From assembly GCF_009914755.1 (NCBI RefSeq), contig NC_060929.1: 64,000 nt of DNA; one strand, given 5' to 3'. Positions 1-13,170 of the stretch are shown in pieces. The stretch's first letter is position 1; each line of letters begins with the position of its first letter. Origin of the DNA: the human T2T-CHM13v2.0 reference genome, Homo sapiens. Under the pieces are notes generated by a model. The model had not been told where the DNA came from. It saw only the letters and a list, made by a program, of their open reading frames with translations, and did not search any database. A program made the translations under genes and the position numbers.

Positions 1-1198
1 TTGACTGAAGAAGAAAAATCATATAATTTTATCAGTAGATACAGAAAAAGCACTGGATGGAATCCAATACCCATTAATGATAAAAATTAGAAAACAAACT
101 GAAAACAAGGAATTGAGAGGAAGTTCCTCAACTTGATAAAGAACATCTACAAGGAACTGACAGATAATATCCTATTTCATGGTGAGAAACTAGATACTTT
201 CTCCATAAAATTGGGGATAAGATGATACGTCTCTCACTACTCCTATTCATCATTATACTGAAAGACCTGGCTAATGCAATAAAAAAAGAAAAGTAAATAA
301 ATATATACAAATTTGGAGGAAGGAAATAAAATTACCTTAGATCATGGATAATATCATTGTCTATGTAGAAAATCTCCAAGAAAAAATACCCTGAAACTGA
401 TTATTATAGAAAGGTAGGAAGATATAAGTTTAATATATGAAAGTCAATTGCTTTCTTGTACAACAGCAATGAATTAAAATTTGAAATTAAAAACACAATG
501 CCATTTACATTAGCACCAAACATACAAATAAAAAATACTTAGTAAACTAGAAAAATATGTATAAGGTCTACACAAATGAAACTAAAATATACTGATGGAA
601 GAAAGCAAAGAAGATCTAAATAAAGAGATAGTCCATATTCATCGATAGGAAGATTTAATATTGTTAAGATGTCAGTTCTTCCCAAATTCTTATTTATTGC
701 AATTCCAATAAAAATTCCAGAAGATTATTTTGTGAGTATCAACAAGCTGATTCTAATGTTTACATGGAAAGGCAAAAGACTCAGAATAGCCAACATAATA
801 TCGAAGAAGAATAAAGTTGCAAGACTGGCACTAACCCACTTTAAGATTTACCATATATCTACAGTAATCAAGACATTGTGGTAGTGGTGAAAAATGGACA
901 AATAGACCAATTAAACAGGATAGACAACCCCAAAATAAATCCACGTAAATATAGTCAGTCGATCTTTGACAAAGAAGCAAAGGGAATTCAATAGAAAAAG
1001 ACAGTCTTTCAGGAAACGTGCTGGAACACAAGTTGGGAAACATACGCAAAAAAAGAAAAAATAATAATCTGGACACAGACATTACATATATCATTACATT
1101 ATACATTATACATTACATATTACATTACATATATCATTACATGTATCAGAAAAATTAACTCATAATGGATCATACATCAAAATGTAAAACATAAAACC
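1..1198 (+). mobile_element. Old L1 (L1MC-like), decayed ORF2 region; continues upstream of the window
   Basis: L1 ORF2-like sequence (gatacagaaaaagc..., ttgttaagatgtcagttcttccc..., gatctttgacaaag); ORF 669-884 resembles ORF2 (MSVLPK...IPIKIP). Confidence 0.9.
1080..1142. repeat. Local (CATTA/CATA)-type expansion inside L1
   Basis: cattacatatatcattacat occurs identically at 1080-1099 and 1123-1142, separated by attatac/attac units. Confidence 0.85.
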
Positions 1199-1620
1199 TG
1201 ATATGGTTTGGATGTTTGTCTCCTCTAAATCTCATGTTGAAATGTAATCCCCAGTGTGGGAGGTGGGACCTGGTGGAAGGCATTTGGGTCATGGGGTTAG
1301 ATCAGATCTCATTAATAGCTTGATGCCATCTCACGGTTATGAGTGAGTTCTCTGAGTTTATAAAATATCTGATTGTTTGAGAGAGTCTGGGACCTCCGGT
1401 TCTCATTGTCTCTTGTGCCCTCTTTAGCGATGTGATGTGCCTGCTCCTCCTTTGCCTTTCACCATGATTGTAAGCTTCCTGAGGCTCTCAGCAGAAGCAG
1501 ATGCTGGCACTATACTTCTTGTACAGCATGAAGAACTGTGAGCCAAAATAAACCTCTTTTCTTTACAAATTACCCAGTCTCAGCTATTCTTTTCTAGCAA
1601 GGTAAAAACTGACTAATACA
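1199..1620 (+). mobile_element. MSTB-type MaLR solo LTR inserted in the L1
   Basis: Starts TGATATGGTTTGGATGTTTGT, ends GACTAATACA, internal AATAAA; 5-bp TSD aaacc at 1194-1198 and 1621-1625. Confidence 0.92.
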
Positions 1621-2863
1621 AAACCATAGAAATATAGAAAATAACAGAGGATAAGATTTAGGTGTCCTTGAGTTTGATAACTTTTTAGATATGACACCAG
1701 AGCCATAAAAGAACATTTAATAAGTTGAACTACATTAAAATTGAAAACTTCTGCTCTGCCAAAGACACTTTTCATAGAATGAAGAGGCAAACCACAGCAA
1801 GAACATATTTACAAGGTGCATATCTGATAAAGGACTATGATCTAAAATATACACAAAAACTCTTACAACAGTAAGAAAACAATCCAACAACAAATTGACA
1901 AAAATCTGAAAAGACACCTCACAAAAAGCTATACAGATGGCAGATAAGCATATGAAAAGGTTCTTAATATCACATGCCATTAGGGAATTATAAATTAAAA
2001 CAATGAGATACTTCTACATGCCTATTAGAATGACTAAAATATGAAACATTAACAAAATAAATGCTGACAAGGATGTAGAACAACAGGAAATCTCTCGATT
2101 GTTAATGGGAATAAAGTAGTATAAAAACTTTATGAGATAGTTTGGCATTTCTTACCAAGCTAAGCATTGATTTACTCTCTAATTCAGAAACCATGCTCCT
2201 TGGTATTTACCCAAATGAGGTGAAAACATTTCGACAAAACATACACATGGATATTTATATTAGTCTATGCATAATTGCCAAAACTTGGAAGCAGGCAAGA
2301 TGTTCTTCAGTATTTGAATGGATAAACAAACTATGGTACATTTATACAATGGAATATTATTCAGTGATAAAAAGAAATGTGCTATCAAGCCATGAATAGA
2401 CATGGAGGTATCTTAAATTTCTATTTCTAAATGAAAGGAGCCAATCTGAAAAAGCTAATATTACATGCCTCCAACTGTAAGTCCTACTGAAAAAGGGAAA
2501 ACTATAGAGACAGCATAAAGGTAAGTGGTTTCCAGGGACTAAAATAGAAGAAAAGAAGGGAAAACAGGGGATTTTTCGGGTGGTAAAACTCTTCTGTATA
2601 GTAGTCGACGGTGGATTCAAAACATTATGCATTTATCCAGACCCATAGAACTTCACAAAGCTAACGCAAGCTATGAGCCTCTGTGGATAATAATATATCG
2701 GTACTAGTTCATCATTGGTAACAAATGCACCGCGAATGCACGATGTTAATAATAGAGAAAACTACAAGAGAAAAGGATAGTATATATGGAAACTCTGCCT
2801 GCTGCCCAATTTTTCTGTAAACCTGAAACTTCTTTAAAAACCAAAGTCTATTAGTCTAAAAAA
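1621..2863 (+). mobile_element. Continuation of the L1MC-like element: ORF2 end and 3'UTR
   Basis: ORF 2142-2399 carries the ORF2 C-terminal motif IAKTWKQ...WINKLWYIYTMEYY; L1MC1/2-type 3' end (gctatcaagccatgaa...aaagtctatt, A-rich end). Confidence 0.88.
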
Positions 2864-3061
2864 ACACCTTGGTAAATATGGTTGGTAAATTTAAGTGATC
2901 TTAAAATATAAATTAGCAAAACTTATGTATTTTAAAGATGGCTTAAAATTCTAGATAAAAATAATAAACAATAAGAGACAGTTTAGAAGCAAATTTGACT
3001 TCCTCAAGAGAAAGAAAAAATTAACTCTCAAGACACCTTAGAAATATAAAAGTTGATTTCA

Positions 3062-4472
3062 AGTTTTGTCATGAAATGACAGCAATTCAGTCAAATCTTC
3101 AGGCTCCATTTCTAATTATAGTTCTCTTGCTATTTCTACCAAATCGGCAGTTACTTCCTTCACTGAAGCCTTGAATCCCTTAAAATCATTCATGAGAGTT
3201 GGAATCAATATCTTCCAAACTCCTGTTAAAGTGGTTATTTTCACCCCCTCCCATGAGTCATGAAAGTTCTTAACGGCATCTAGAATCATTTCCAGATGGA
3301 TTTCAGTTTACTCTGCCCAGATCCATTAAAGGAATCACTATCTATGGCAGCTATAGCCTTACAAAATGTATTTCTTAAAAAAAATAAGGATTGAATGTCA
3401 AAATTACTCTTTGATCCATGGGCTGGAGAAAGGATATTGTGTTAGCAGCCACAAAAATATTAATTTCCTTGTACATCTCCATCAGAACCCTTGGGTGACC
3501 AAGTGCACTGTCAATAAGTAGTAATGTTTTGACAGAAATCTTTTTTTCTAAGAAGTAAATCTCAACAGTGGGTTTAAAATATTCAGGAAACCACACTATA
3601 AATTCATGTGCTGTCATCCAGACTTTATTGTTCCATTTTGAGAGCACAGGCAGAGCAGATTTAAGATAATTCTTAGGTGCACTAAAATTTTCAGAGTGGT
3701 AAATGAACATTGACTTCAACTTAAAAGTCACCAGCTGCATTAGCCTCTATAACAAGAGTCAGCTGTCATTTGATGCCAGCCATTGACTTCTCTCTATGAA
3801 AAGCCTCGATGGAGTCTTCTTCCACGATAAGGCTGTTTCATCTACACTGAAAATCTGTTGTATAGTGTAGCCTACTTCATCAATTATCATAGCTAAGTCT
3901 TCTGGATAACCTGCTACAGTCTTCCATATCAGTACTTGCTACTTTACCTTGCACTGTTATGTTATGGAGATGGTTTCTTTCCTCAAACCTCATGAACCAA
4001 CCTCTGCTAACTTCCCATTTTTCTTCTGCAGCTTCTGCACCTCTCTCAGCTTTCACATAATTAGGGCCTTGCTCTGGATTAGGCTTTGGATTAAGGGAAT
4101 GTTGTGGCTGGTTTCCTCTTCTATCCAGACCACTAAAACGTTCTCCACATGAGCAATAAGACTGATTTTCTTTCTTATCATTAATGTGTACACTGGAGTA
4201 GCCTTTTAAATTTCCTTCAATAACTTTTCCCTTGCATTCGCCACTTGACTGTTTAGTGTAGGAGGCCTACTTTTTGGGCTGTCTCAGCTTTTGACATGCC
4301 TTCCTCACTAAACTTAATTATTTCTAGCTTTTGACTTAAAAGCTAAATGACTTTTCTTTTCGCTTGAATACTTAGAGGTCACTGTAAAGTTATTAATTAT
4401 CTTAATTTTAATATTTTTGTATCTCAGGGAAAGGAGACCTGAGGAGAGGGAGAAAGACATGAGAGAATGGTA
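3062..4472 (-). mobile_element. Tigger1 DNA transposon, internal fragment without TIRs
   Basis: Reverse complement matches the Tigger1 transposase region (...aagtttagtgaggaaggcatgtcaaaagc...); see translated ORF below. Confidence 0.9.
3375..3740 (-). pseudogene. Tigger1 (pogo-family) transposase DDE-domain remnant
   Basis: [13 protein letters not shown]...KWNNKVWMT...[11 protein letters not shown]...LQPMDQRVI are the characteristic pogo/TIGD motifs; interrupted on both sides. Confidence 0.85.
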
Positions 4473-4630
4473 ACTGGATTATTTCACATAGCATAGCATC
4501 TTCCAGGTCCATCCTTATCATTTACTGCAAATGGTAGGATTTCCTCCTTTTTTAAGGCTGAACAATATTTCATTGTATGTATACACCACATTTTTTTAAA
4601 TCTATTTATCTCTCAATGGATACTTGGGAA
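4473..4630 (-). mobile_element. L1MA/MB 3' fragment
   Basis: ttatttcacatagcatagcatcttccaggtccatcc...aaggctgaacaatatttcattgt is the antisense of the L1 ORF2 end. Confidence 0.75.
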
Positions 4631-4779
4631 ATATGTTTCAATAGAAATTTAAAAAGGAAAAAGCAAAGAGCAAATATCAGTGAAATGGGATAGAGTTGAG
4701 AACCAGGCTCATACATAAATGACAGTTTTGGAATGGCAAATCAATAAAAATTAGAATGAACTAGTGAATAATTAGCAAC

Positions 4780-5455
4780 AATTTTTTCTCAATATAGAAT
4801 ATTTTTGAAAAATAGTTTTCTTACCAAATACCACAAAAATAAAATCCCACTGAACTAAAATACAAACATAAATAAAAAACTTTAAATCTATTAAAGCAGA
4901 CAATTTATAAGAAGTCAGGTGGAAAAGAATTTCTTAAATAAGATTTTGAAATTATATACCTTATGGGAAACAATAATACATTTTATTATATCAAAATGAA
5001 ACAATTTTAAATATCAAAGTTTATTATGAGCAAGGCAAAAATACAAGTGACTACAGTATTACAACATGTAAAGCAGTCAAAGGATTAGTATGCATATTCC
5101 AGAATTTATAAAGAACATGTATAAATCAGTAAGAAAAATGTTAATCATAAATTAGAAAGTGAAAGCCAGAACAGATAAATTATAAAAAGTTTTTCAATCT
5201 CATTAAATTATTGAATAAATAAATTATTGAAACAACAATTTTCCACTTAATTTGCCAAATTGGTAAAAATTTATATTCTGATAATGTCAAGTATTAGAAT
5301 TTGGGGAAAAATGGTATTCTCAAATACAACTAGTAGAAGCATAAGTTGATACAACTGCTCTGGGAACAATTTGGCAATATCCAGTTAATTTAAGTATATG
5401 TATGTCACACAAATCAATTCAACAACTGTACTTCTGAGTATATACCCCATAGAAT
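4780..5455 (+). mobile_element. Highly diverged L1ME-like fragment
   Basis: A-rich; tctgataatgtcaagtatt...caatttggcaatatc...cttctgagtatatacc resemble the L1ME ORF2 end. Confidence 0.6.
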
Positions 5456-6209
5456 GCTCACACTGGTTGGCACTGAGTGGCTGTGGCCTTTCCAGGTGCA
5501 CAGTGCAAGCTGTCAGTGTATCTACAATTCTGGGTTATAGAGGATGGTGACCCTCTTCTCACAGGTCCACTAGGCAGTGCCACAGTAGGGACTCTGTGTT
5601 GCCGGAGGCGGGGGACTCCAACCCACATTTCCCTTCTGCACTGCCCTGGCAGAGATTTTCCATGAGGGCTCCACTCCTGGACCTGGACTTCTGGGCCTGG
5701 ACATCCAGGCATTTCCATACCTTCTCTGAAATCTAGGTGGAGGTTCCCAAACCTCAATTCTTGACTTCTGTGCACTGAAAGGCCCAACACCACATTGAAG
5801 CGCTGAGCTTGGGGCTTGCCTCCAAACCTTTATGCTCTGCTTTCCTTTTAAAAATGAGTTCCAATTTCCCATCATCTCTTCATGGATGCATAAAACTGAA
5901 CATTTTCAGAATAATCCAGGTCACCTCTTGAATGCTTTGCTGCTTAAAAATTTGTTCCATTAGATACCCCAAATCATCTGTCTCAAATTTAAAGTTCCAC
6001 ATAGCTCTAGGGCAGGGGCAAAATACTGCCAGACTCTTTGCTACAGCGTAACAAGAGTCACCTTTATTCCAGTTCCCAACATATTCCTCCTGTCTTCTTC
6101 TGAGCCCTGTAAACTGTTCCAACTTCTGCTTATTATTCAGTTCCAAAGTTGCTTCCATATTTTCAGGTTATCTTTATAGCAGTACTCCACTCTAGTGGTA
6201 CCAGTTCTC
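5456..6209 (-). mobile_element. THE1/MST internal region, 5' part only
   Basis: Reverse complement begins ...ggtaccactagagtggagtactgctataaagataacctgaaaatatggaagcaactttggaactg directly after the LTR; typical MaLR-internal ORF remnants. Confidence 0.88.
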
Positions 6210-6582
6210 TGTATTAGTCTGTTTTCACAATGCTATAAAGAAATAACAGAGACCAGATAATTTATGGAAGAAAGAGGTTTAATTGACTCACAGTTCTTTA
6301 TGACTGTGGAAGCCTCAGGAAAGTTACAGTTATGGCAAAAGATGAAGCAGAAACAACGAATGCCTTACACAGTGGTAGAGATAAATGTAAAGGGGCAACT
6401 TCCAAACATTTTTAAAACCGTCAGCTCTTTTGAGAACTCCCTCACCATCATGACAACAGTATAGGGGGAAACTTACCCCATGATCCAATCACCTCCCAAA
6501 GGTCCCTCCCCACTTCCCTCGACACATAGGGATTACAATTTGAGATGATATTTGGATGGGGACACAGAGCCAAACCATATCA
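6210..6582 (-). mobile_element. THE1 (THE1D-like) 5' LTR
   Basis: tgtattagtctgttttcac...gaggtttaattgactcacagttc...gggacacagagccaaaccatatca. Confidence 0.9.
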
Positions 6583-6845
6583 GGGAATAAACATAGAAGG
6601 CATAAGTTCTAATGTTTGGCATCAGAATAGGGTGACTAGAGTTAACTGCAATGTATTATACATTTCGTAGTAGCTAGAAGAGATAACCTGATTGTTCCCA
6701 ACACATAGAAATGATAAATACTCCAGGTGATGGAAACCCCAAATACCCTAACCTGATCATTACACATACCAGGCATGTAAGAAAGTATCACATGTACCCC
6801 ATAAATATGTAAAATGTTATGTATCAATACAAAATTTTAAAAAAT
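6583..6845 (+). mobile_element. L1MA4-type 3'UTR end
   Basis: gggtgactagagtt...ggtgatggaaaccccaaataccct...catgtaccccataaatatgtaaaatg followed by an A-rich tail. Confidence 0.85.
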
Positions 6846-9239
6846 AAGAATAGTGTCTTCTCTACATAAAATTTACCTTCATTTGTATACTAATTGAATC
6901 CTATGAAATAACTGTCTTTGGCTACTATAAATTGCTCTTCCTCTTTCTTACAATACATGTGTATTTTACATGTACCTATTTCCCCATAGAAAATAGATTT
7001 TAAAAAACACACACAATATAATGAATATTAAGATATATTAATTTATAATTACTTGGGTAAGAACCACACAGGTGAGAGAGAGAAAGGGAAGAAGGGACCT
7101 AATCAATGATACATCTATATTTTGGGACCTGAAAGAGCCATTTCTTTTCCGCTGAGCATGAAGTTTTCATGGATAGCAGGAATTTTCCTTTCACTTTTTT
7201 CTTAATATCAAAGAAATCATTTAAGAGTGTGGACTCACTAACCACAGGAAATGATTGTGCTGTGCTTCTCCCCATCCATTCAGGGTCTATTTATGTATTG
7301 AACGTTATTTTCCAGAGATGGGCCCAGAAACCACAGATGGGAGATGACTCAGGAGAGTGGGATAGGCAAGAATTGCTGCATTTAAACTATGTTCTCACTC
7401 AGATACTACTGTTCTAATCAGGTCAGGAAGAGTAAATAAGCTTCTCAAGGCACTAGCTTGGTGTTCATGAAGTTACTTACTTTCAAGAAGGATTCTTCTG
7501 TCAGTAAAAGAAACAAAAAATGGACTGAAAATCAATACATCTGACATGCAACCTGACATTGCTAGTAACACTAACTCTCTAATCCCCTTGCACTGTTTTT
7601 CTCTAATAATGAGAATTAGATGAGTTGATATTCATTCTGCAACATAGTCTCAAAATGATAGACGTGAGTTTTCATTTTGCTTCTGCTATTAATATACTCA
7701 GGGCTTAGAATTTCATTGATGTTAGATCAATCAATCGTTCATTCGATAGGTAGAGAGAGAGAGATGTAGTATACACACAGACGTATGGGTGTAAATACAT
7801 ATATATATGTGTGTATATTTTATAAAATGGGTGTGACAATACCTAATATGTCTTTAGTTGTTATAAAAAATAATAGTTATTAAAACGCTAAGGAACTATA
7901 TTGAAAAGTGAGTAATTTTGGTTTTCTAATATAAAAATTGATCTAGAATAATACCACTGATTGGAAATACTTTAAAAGCATGAATATAGGTCTTATAATT
8001 TGGAAAGAAATATTTTATTTTTAGAGGCATTTTCACTTTGAATTTTTCATTTCCATGTATTTCTTAACAAGTGCTAGAGGAAACCTTCTTTTCTATTTGA
8101 TTTCTGCCTTTTCACATGAGTACAGACAGTTTCATATTTCTCATGGTTTTCCATATGTCTCTCCTTCTCCGTCTAATTTTTTCTTTTCTGCTTCGATAAT
8201 ATGTAAGTTTAGCTATAGGACATATTGGGAATACTTTTCTTCTAATATATTTTCTAGAATAAAAATGTTGTTCTTCAGGACTCCTGAAACCAGATGTAAT
8301 TCATGGTTAAAATCCTTCACAAAATTATGAAAAAGTTTATTGTTGACACTTACAGACTCCTTTATGTAATCTGTTTTTCTTTCCTTTGCCTTCTGTCACA
8401 AATCGACACTCAGAATGAGAGTTGATATGGTCGTTGATAAAAAAATGTATAAAATATAGATAAAAGGAATAAATACGTATGCTTACTAAACGGGCTGACT
8501 GATCTGTTGCTAATATTCACCCATACCAGTCAGTTAAGAATGATTCTAAGCTTGTACTCATGCTCAGTAGGATAATAAGCCATGCGTAGCGAGTAACTTT
8601 TCATGAACTTTGGCTAAAGTAGACCTCTTCCAAAAGTGTTTGCAGTTTTTCAAGGTAGAGATACAGTGAATTAGATGACTACTATGTGATGGAAAATATA
8701 TTTGGGAGGAAAAATTTTCTTAGGTACTCCTAATTTTTATTCTGCTTTTCTAGCCACACACATATTTCCTAAAATGAACTACTGTGGCAGCATCTTAGAA
8801 ATAATGAGTTGCTGGGTCCTTTAGAAGTTTTTCTCTTCAAACACCTTATGGAGGATATTTAGCGCAGCATGTACTTTCTGAGGGCTGTCCCCTTTTTCTT
8901 CCCCAGCCTTGCTCCTCTCACATGAGATATCATTTCTAACAGCTCCAAGAGAAGTTACCTGTATTTCCTGATGCCCCCAAATTGCCCTTAATCAACACAC
9001 AACACATTCCCATGTGGAATCTTCACCTATTGTTCATTTCCTTCATTAATGAAAACTTCATCTTCCTCTCCCCTCAACACTGCCATAGATTTCTATGACA
9101 ATATTATTCAGACATCAGTAGTATGGCTTCTAGCTTTCTATTTTGACAAGACTGTATAAACCCAAAAAAAAAGCCAGACCAATTTTTATTATGAAAATAT
9201 AGCATATAATAATAAATTTTAATGTTGACTTTTATATTA

Positions 9240-9650
9240 AAAAATGGCACTTTTGTAAACTCTCTTCTGGTAAGACTACAAATTATATCACTTTTCTAGT
9301 GGGCAATATGAAAGCATGTATCCAAATTACAATATGTATATTCTCTGAATTTAATCTAAAAAAAACATAGACATAGGCAAAGATACATATGCAACCTGAT
9401 ATATACATGTAAATATATATACACATTATACTTATACAAAAGTGCTATATTTTTTAACCTAGTAAGTCGCAACCCAATTTATATATTATGTATATATATG
9501 CAACCTAATTTATATATATATATGTGTGTGTATATACATATATATTTTACATATATATAAAAATTGGGTTGCAACTTACTAGGTTAAAAAAATAATAGTT
9601 TTATATAATGGATATCATTGCAGCCAATACAATAAATAAGATACGAACAT
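9240..9650 (+). mobile_element. Diverged L1ME-like fragment hosting the inverted duplication
   Basis: ggcaatatg...gcaaagatacatatgcaa...ggttaaaaaaataat...aatggatatcattgcagcc resemble the old L1 ORF2 end. Confidence 0.5.
9450..9591. repeat. 31-bp inverted repeat around a TA-rich spacer
   Basis: 9450-9480 ttttttaacctagtaagtcgcaacccaattt is the reverse complement of 9561-9591 at 30/31 positions. Confidence 0.95.
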
Positions 9651-9672
9651 GGAAATGAATTGTTATTGAGTA

Positions 9673-10658
9673 AACTATCTGTTTAAGGGTAAACAGATAA
9701 GTTGCAGAATTGGAGAAAATATTTGCAAAATATGCATCTTACAAAGGTCTAATACCTAGCATCTTTAAGGAACTCAAACAAATTTACAAGAAAAAACAAC
9801 CCCTAAAAGCCCACTAAAAGTGGGCAAGGGACATGAACAGACACTTTTCTAAAGAAAATATACATGTGGCCAATAGCATATGAAAAAAAGCTCAGTATCA
9901 CTGATCATTATAGAAATACAAATAAAACCACAATGAGATACCATCTTACACCAGTCTGAATAGTTACTATCAAAAAGTCAAAAAATAACAGGTGCTGATG
10001 AGGTTGCAGAGAAAAGGGAATGATTATACATTGTTGATGGGAGTGTAAATTAGTTCAACCATTGTGGAAATCAATGTGACAATTCCTCAAAGAGCTAAAA
10101 GTGGAACTACCATTTGGCCCAACAATACCATTACTGGGTATATATACCCAAAAGAATATAAACTGTTTTACCGTAAAGACACATGCACACAAATGCTCAT
10201 TGCAGCACTAGTCACAATAGCAAAGACATGGAATCAATCTAAATGCCCATCAACAGTTGACTGGGTAAAGAAAATGTGGTACATGTGTATTATAGAGTAC
10301 TACATAGGAAAGAACAAGATCATGTCCTTTGCAGGAACATGGATGGAGCTGGAGGCCATCAACCTTAGCAAACTAATGCAGGAACAGAAAATAAAATACT
10401 GCATGTTCTCACTTGTAAATGGGAGCTAAATGATGAGAACACATGGGCATAAAGAGGGGAACAACAGACACTGGGGCCTACTTCAGAATGGAGTATAGAG
10501 GGTGAGAGGAGAGAAAGCAACAGAAAAAATCACCTGCAGGTACTAGGCTTAATACCTGGGTGATGAAATAATCTCTACAACAAACCCCCAGGACATGAGT
10601 TTACCTATATAACAAACCTTTACTTGTATCCCTCAACCTAAAATAAAAGTTAAAAAAA
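9673..10658 (+). mobile_element. 5'-truncated L1PA13-16-like element
   Basis: ORF 10064-10429 matches the ORF2 C-terminus (IAKTWNQSKCPS...GTWMELEAI); 3'UTR ends cctaaaataaaagttaaaaaaa. Confidence 0.9.
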
Positions 10659-10730
10659 TTATTTGTAGTTTCGTATTTGTACTCTAAGGTATGTTTATAT
10701 ATTAATTGTCTTGGTAAGCCAAATATATAA

Positions 10731-10822
10731 GTGTGTGTGTGTGAGCGATATATATATGTGTGAGATATATGTGTGTGAGAGATATATGTGTGTGTGTGTG
10801 ATACATATATATGTATGTGTGT
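10731..10822. repeat. Compound (GT)/(GA)/(TA) microsatellite with a higher-order gtgtgagatatat unit
   Basis: Read directly from the sequence. Confidence 0.85.
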
Positions 10823-11303
10823 AATGGTTATCTCTGAGGAGTGGATTTATAGAATTGGAAGATAATTTTCTATTTCACACACTTTTTGTTACAACTTTTA
10901 TATCAGATCTGTATACCTTTATAATTTAAAGTATTTCTCCATTTTGAAAAACATTACTAGTGGGAGAGGACACAAGGCAAATAACCTAATGAGAAATTGA
11001 ATCCAGGAACAATTGAAAGATGGCTTGTACAACAGCTTCTTACTCTTATTCTCTTTGCGTGCATGTCACCTAAGTATTAGAATGTATTTCCCTTATATGG
11101 CTTCTCATTATCATCAAGCACTCTCCATTTCCTGAGATTCCTGAATTACGTCCCTTGTTTCTAACTAGATTTGTTTCTAAGCAGATTTTATTCTTCTACT
11201 CTATCTCCCTGTGCTGAGCACTGTCCTTGGCAGAACAAGACAGCAACTGCAACAATGATTCAGACAAGAACAAACACAGCTCTCCCACAGGACAGCACAC
11301 ACA

Positions 11304-11318
11304 AGGGGAAGTTCCCCT
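11304..11318. promoter_or_regulatory. Palindromic NF-kB-type motif (function unproven)
   Basis: AGGGGAA-G-TTCCCCT; contains GGGAAGTTCC, matching GGGRNNYYCC. Confidence 0.35.
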
Positions 11319-12469
11319 ATGCCCATGGAGGGGAATTGCTAAGCGAACTGTAGTTTAGAAATTCTTGCCCAGGAAGAAGTGATGGGCTTGTCAGTAGTTC
11401 TCTGATTGCTCACTTACAGTTAGCCTGGATTCCTTGGAGCAATGAGGTCATCCAATCTCTAGGATGTAAATCCTAATAATTTCTGGGCACATAAGACATA
11501 TTCCTTTTATTATCTGTGGATATCAAAATTGGGCTATATCTTTTGTTTCTCTTTTTTTCCTCATAGACTCATTTTTGGGGGTTCATGTAGTATTTCTCAT
11601 TCTTCTTTCTATACTAAATGCTCTAGTTAGGTTTTTCTGGCAAAAAAAATTATAGCCTGAAAGTTGCTTATGAATCTGTTTCTATCCTTTTGACTTCAGA
11701 TAAATCCTTTGAGAATAAGCGAAAGAACTGCCCCCTGTTACGGTTTTAGCTTTCATTGCACTTTAGTATAGAAGTATGAAATAAACCCTTCAGTCAGACA
11801 TGCAGGAACACAATATGAAATGAGGACTTGGGAAATTTGGCATTGTTATGGGATTAGAGACAGCCACAATACATAGTCAGTTTTTTAAAACGGGCTAGCT
11901 ATAATTTTGGGACAGCAAATGTACTTCAAAGTGAATATATCTGTACACATAAATATAGACATAGTTATACACATGCAGGTTAATGAAAATGTGGATAGGG
12001 GCTGTTCTACTTAAATGTTTTCAACTTATACATATTTATAGACACATACAAAATTACATTGACTTTACTCCACAGAAAAAGTAGATCAACATGCCCACTA
12101 TCTAGAGTTGGCATTAGCATTAGTGCCTTGTAATTTTAGACCCTGTGATATTTTATGTTGGTCTCTATCTGCAGACTAGTTAGTGAGGTTGGCTTAGTTT
12201 TGAGATGTTTTACCAGCCTTATTTGCTGTATCTTTGGTAACTCTTGGTTTAAGAAAACATTTAAATTTCTACTAAGAGAGCTAACAATCACAGCTGAAAC
12301 AAAAGCAAAGTAATTTAAAACATGCACGTAGATTAAAAGTGGTGAGAAAACAAAAAAATACCTTCCGTGTATATCGCATAAATCATTCCATAGTGAAAAT
12401 GACTCTGAAAAACCACACACAAATCTTGCAGCAGGTGTGTATCACTCTGTTTGTGTAATAAATACTAAC

Positions 12470-13170
12470 AATATTAACACAGCCTCCCAACTTGTCTTCC
12501 TTTACATTTGCTGCCCCCCCCCCCGACTCCGACCCCATGTTTCATTCTGATTCCAAACACAGGAGCAGAATGATCCCACTAAAACACAAGTAACATCATG
12601 TTACTTCCCTACTCAAAATCTTCCAATCTGTTTTTTTCCTCAAAGATCTATTAATCTTTCCGCAACCCCAGTTGCCCTTCTTGCCTCATCTAGTTTGCCT
12701 CTCCTTTTTGCTCAAGATGTTCCTTACACGCAGCTTCCTTGCAATTCTAAGAACTCATTAGCACTCTCCCACCCCTGTGCCTTTGTGCCTAGTATTTCCA
12801 TTCTTTGGACCAATTTCCTTCCCAATACACAAGACTCTTTTCCTTTCCCTCAAGTATTTCCTCTGATGTCACCTTTCCAAGGAAACCTTCCTTGACACCC
12901 TACTTAAACTGTAACACTCCCTCCTTTTCTGTTCTAATTCAGTGCACCCTTTCCCCCTCCCTGCTTTAGACTTCTGCACAGTGCTTACTAGCATGTGGCA
13001 AACTATATGTATTTACTCATCTATTGATTTCTGTCTTCTTCTATTTGAAATAAGTTTCTCGAGGGCAGGAAATTTTGTCTGTTGTGTTTAGTCCTGGATA
13101 CCTAGTACATAGTAGGTACCCAAAAAACCTTTGTTAAAGAAATGAGTATTTAGTGAATTGATTAATGAAA
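12470..13170 (+). mobile_element. L2 3' fragment
   Basis: atcatgttacttccctactcaaaatcttccaat...gagggcaggaaattttgtctgtt...acatagtaggtac...tgaattgattaatgaa. Confidence 0.8.
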
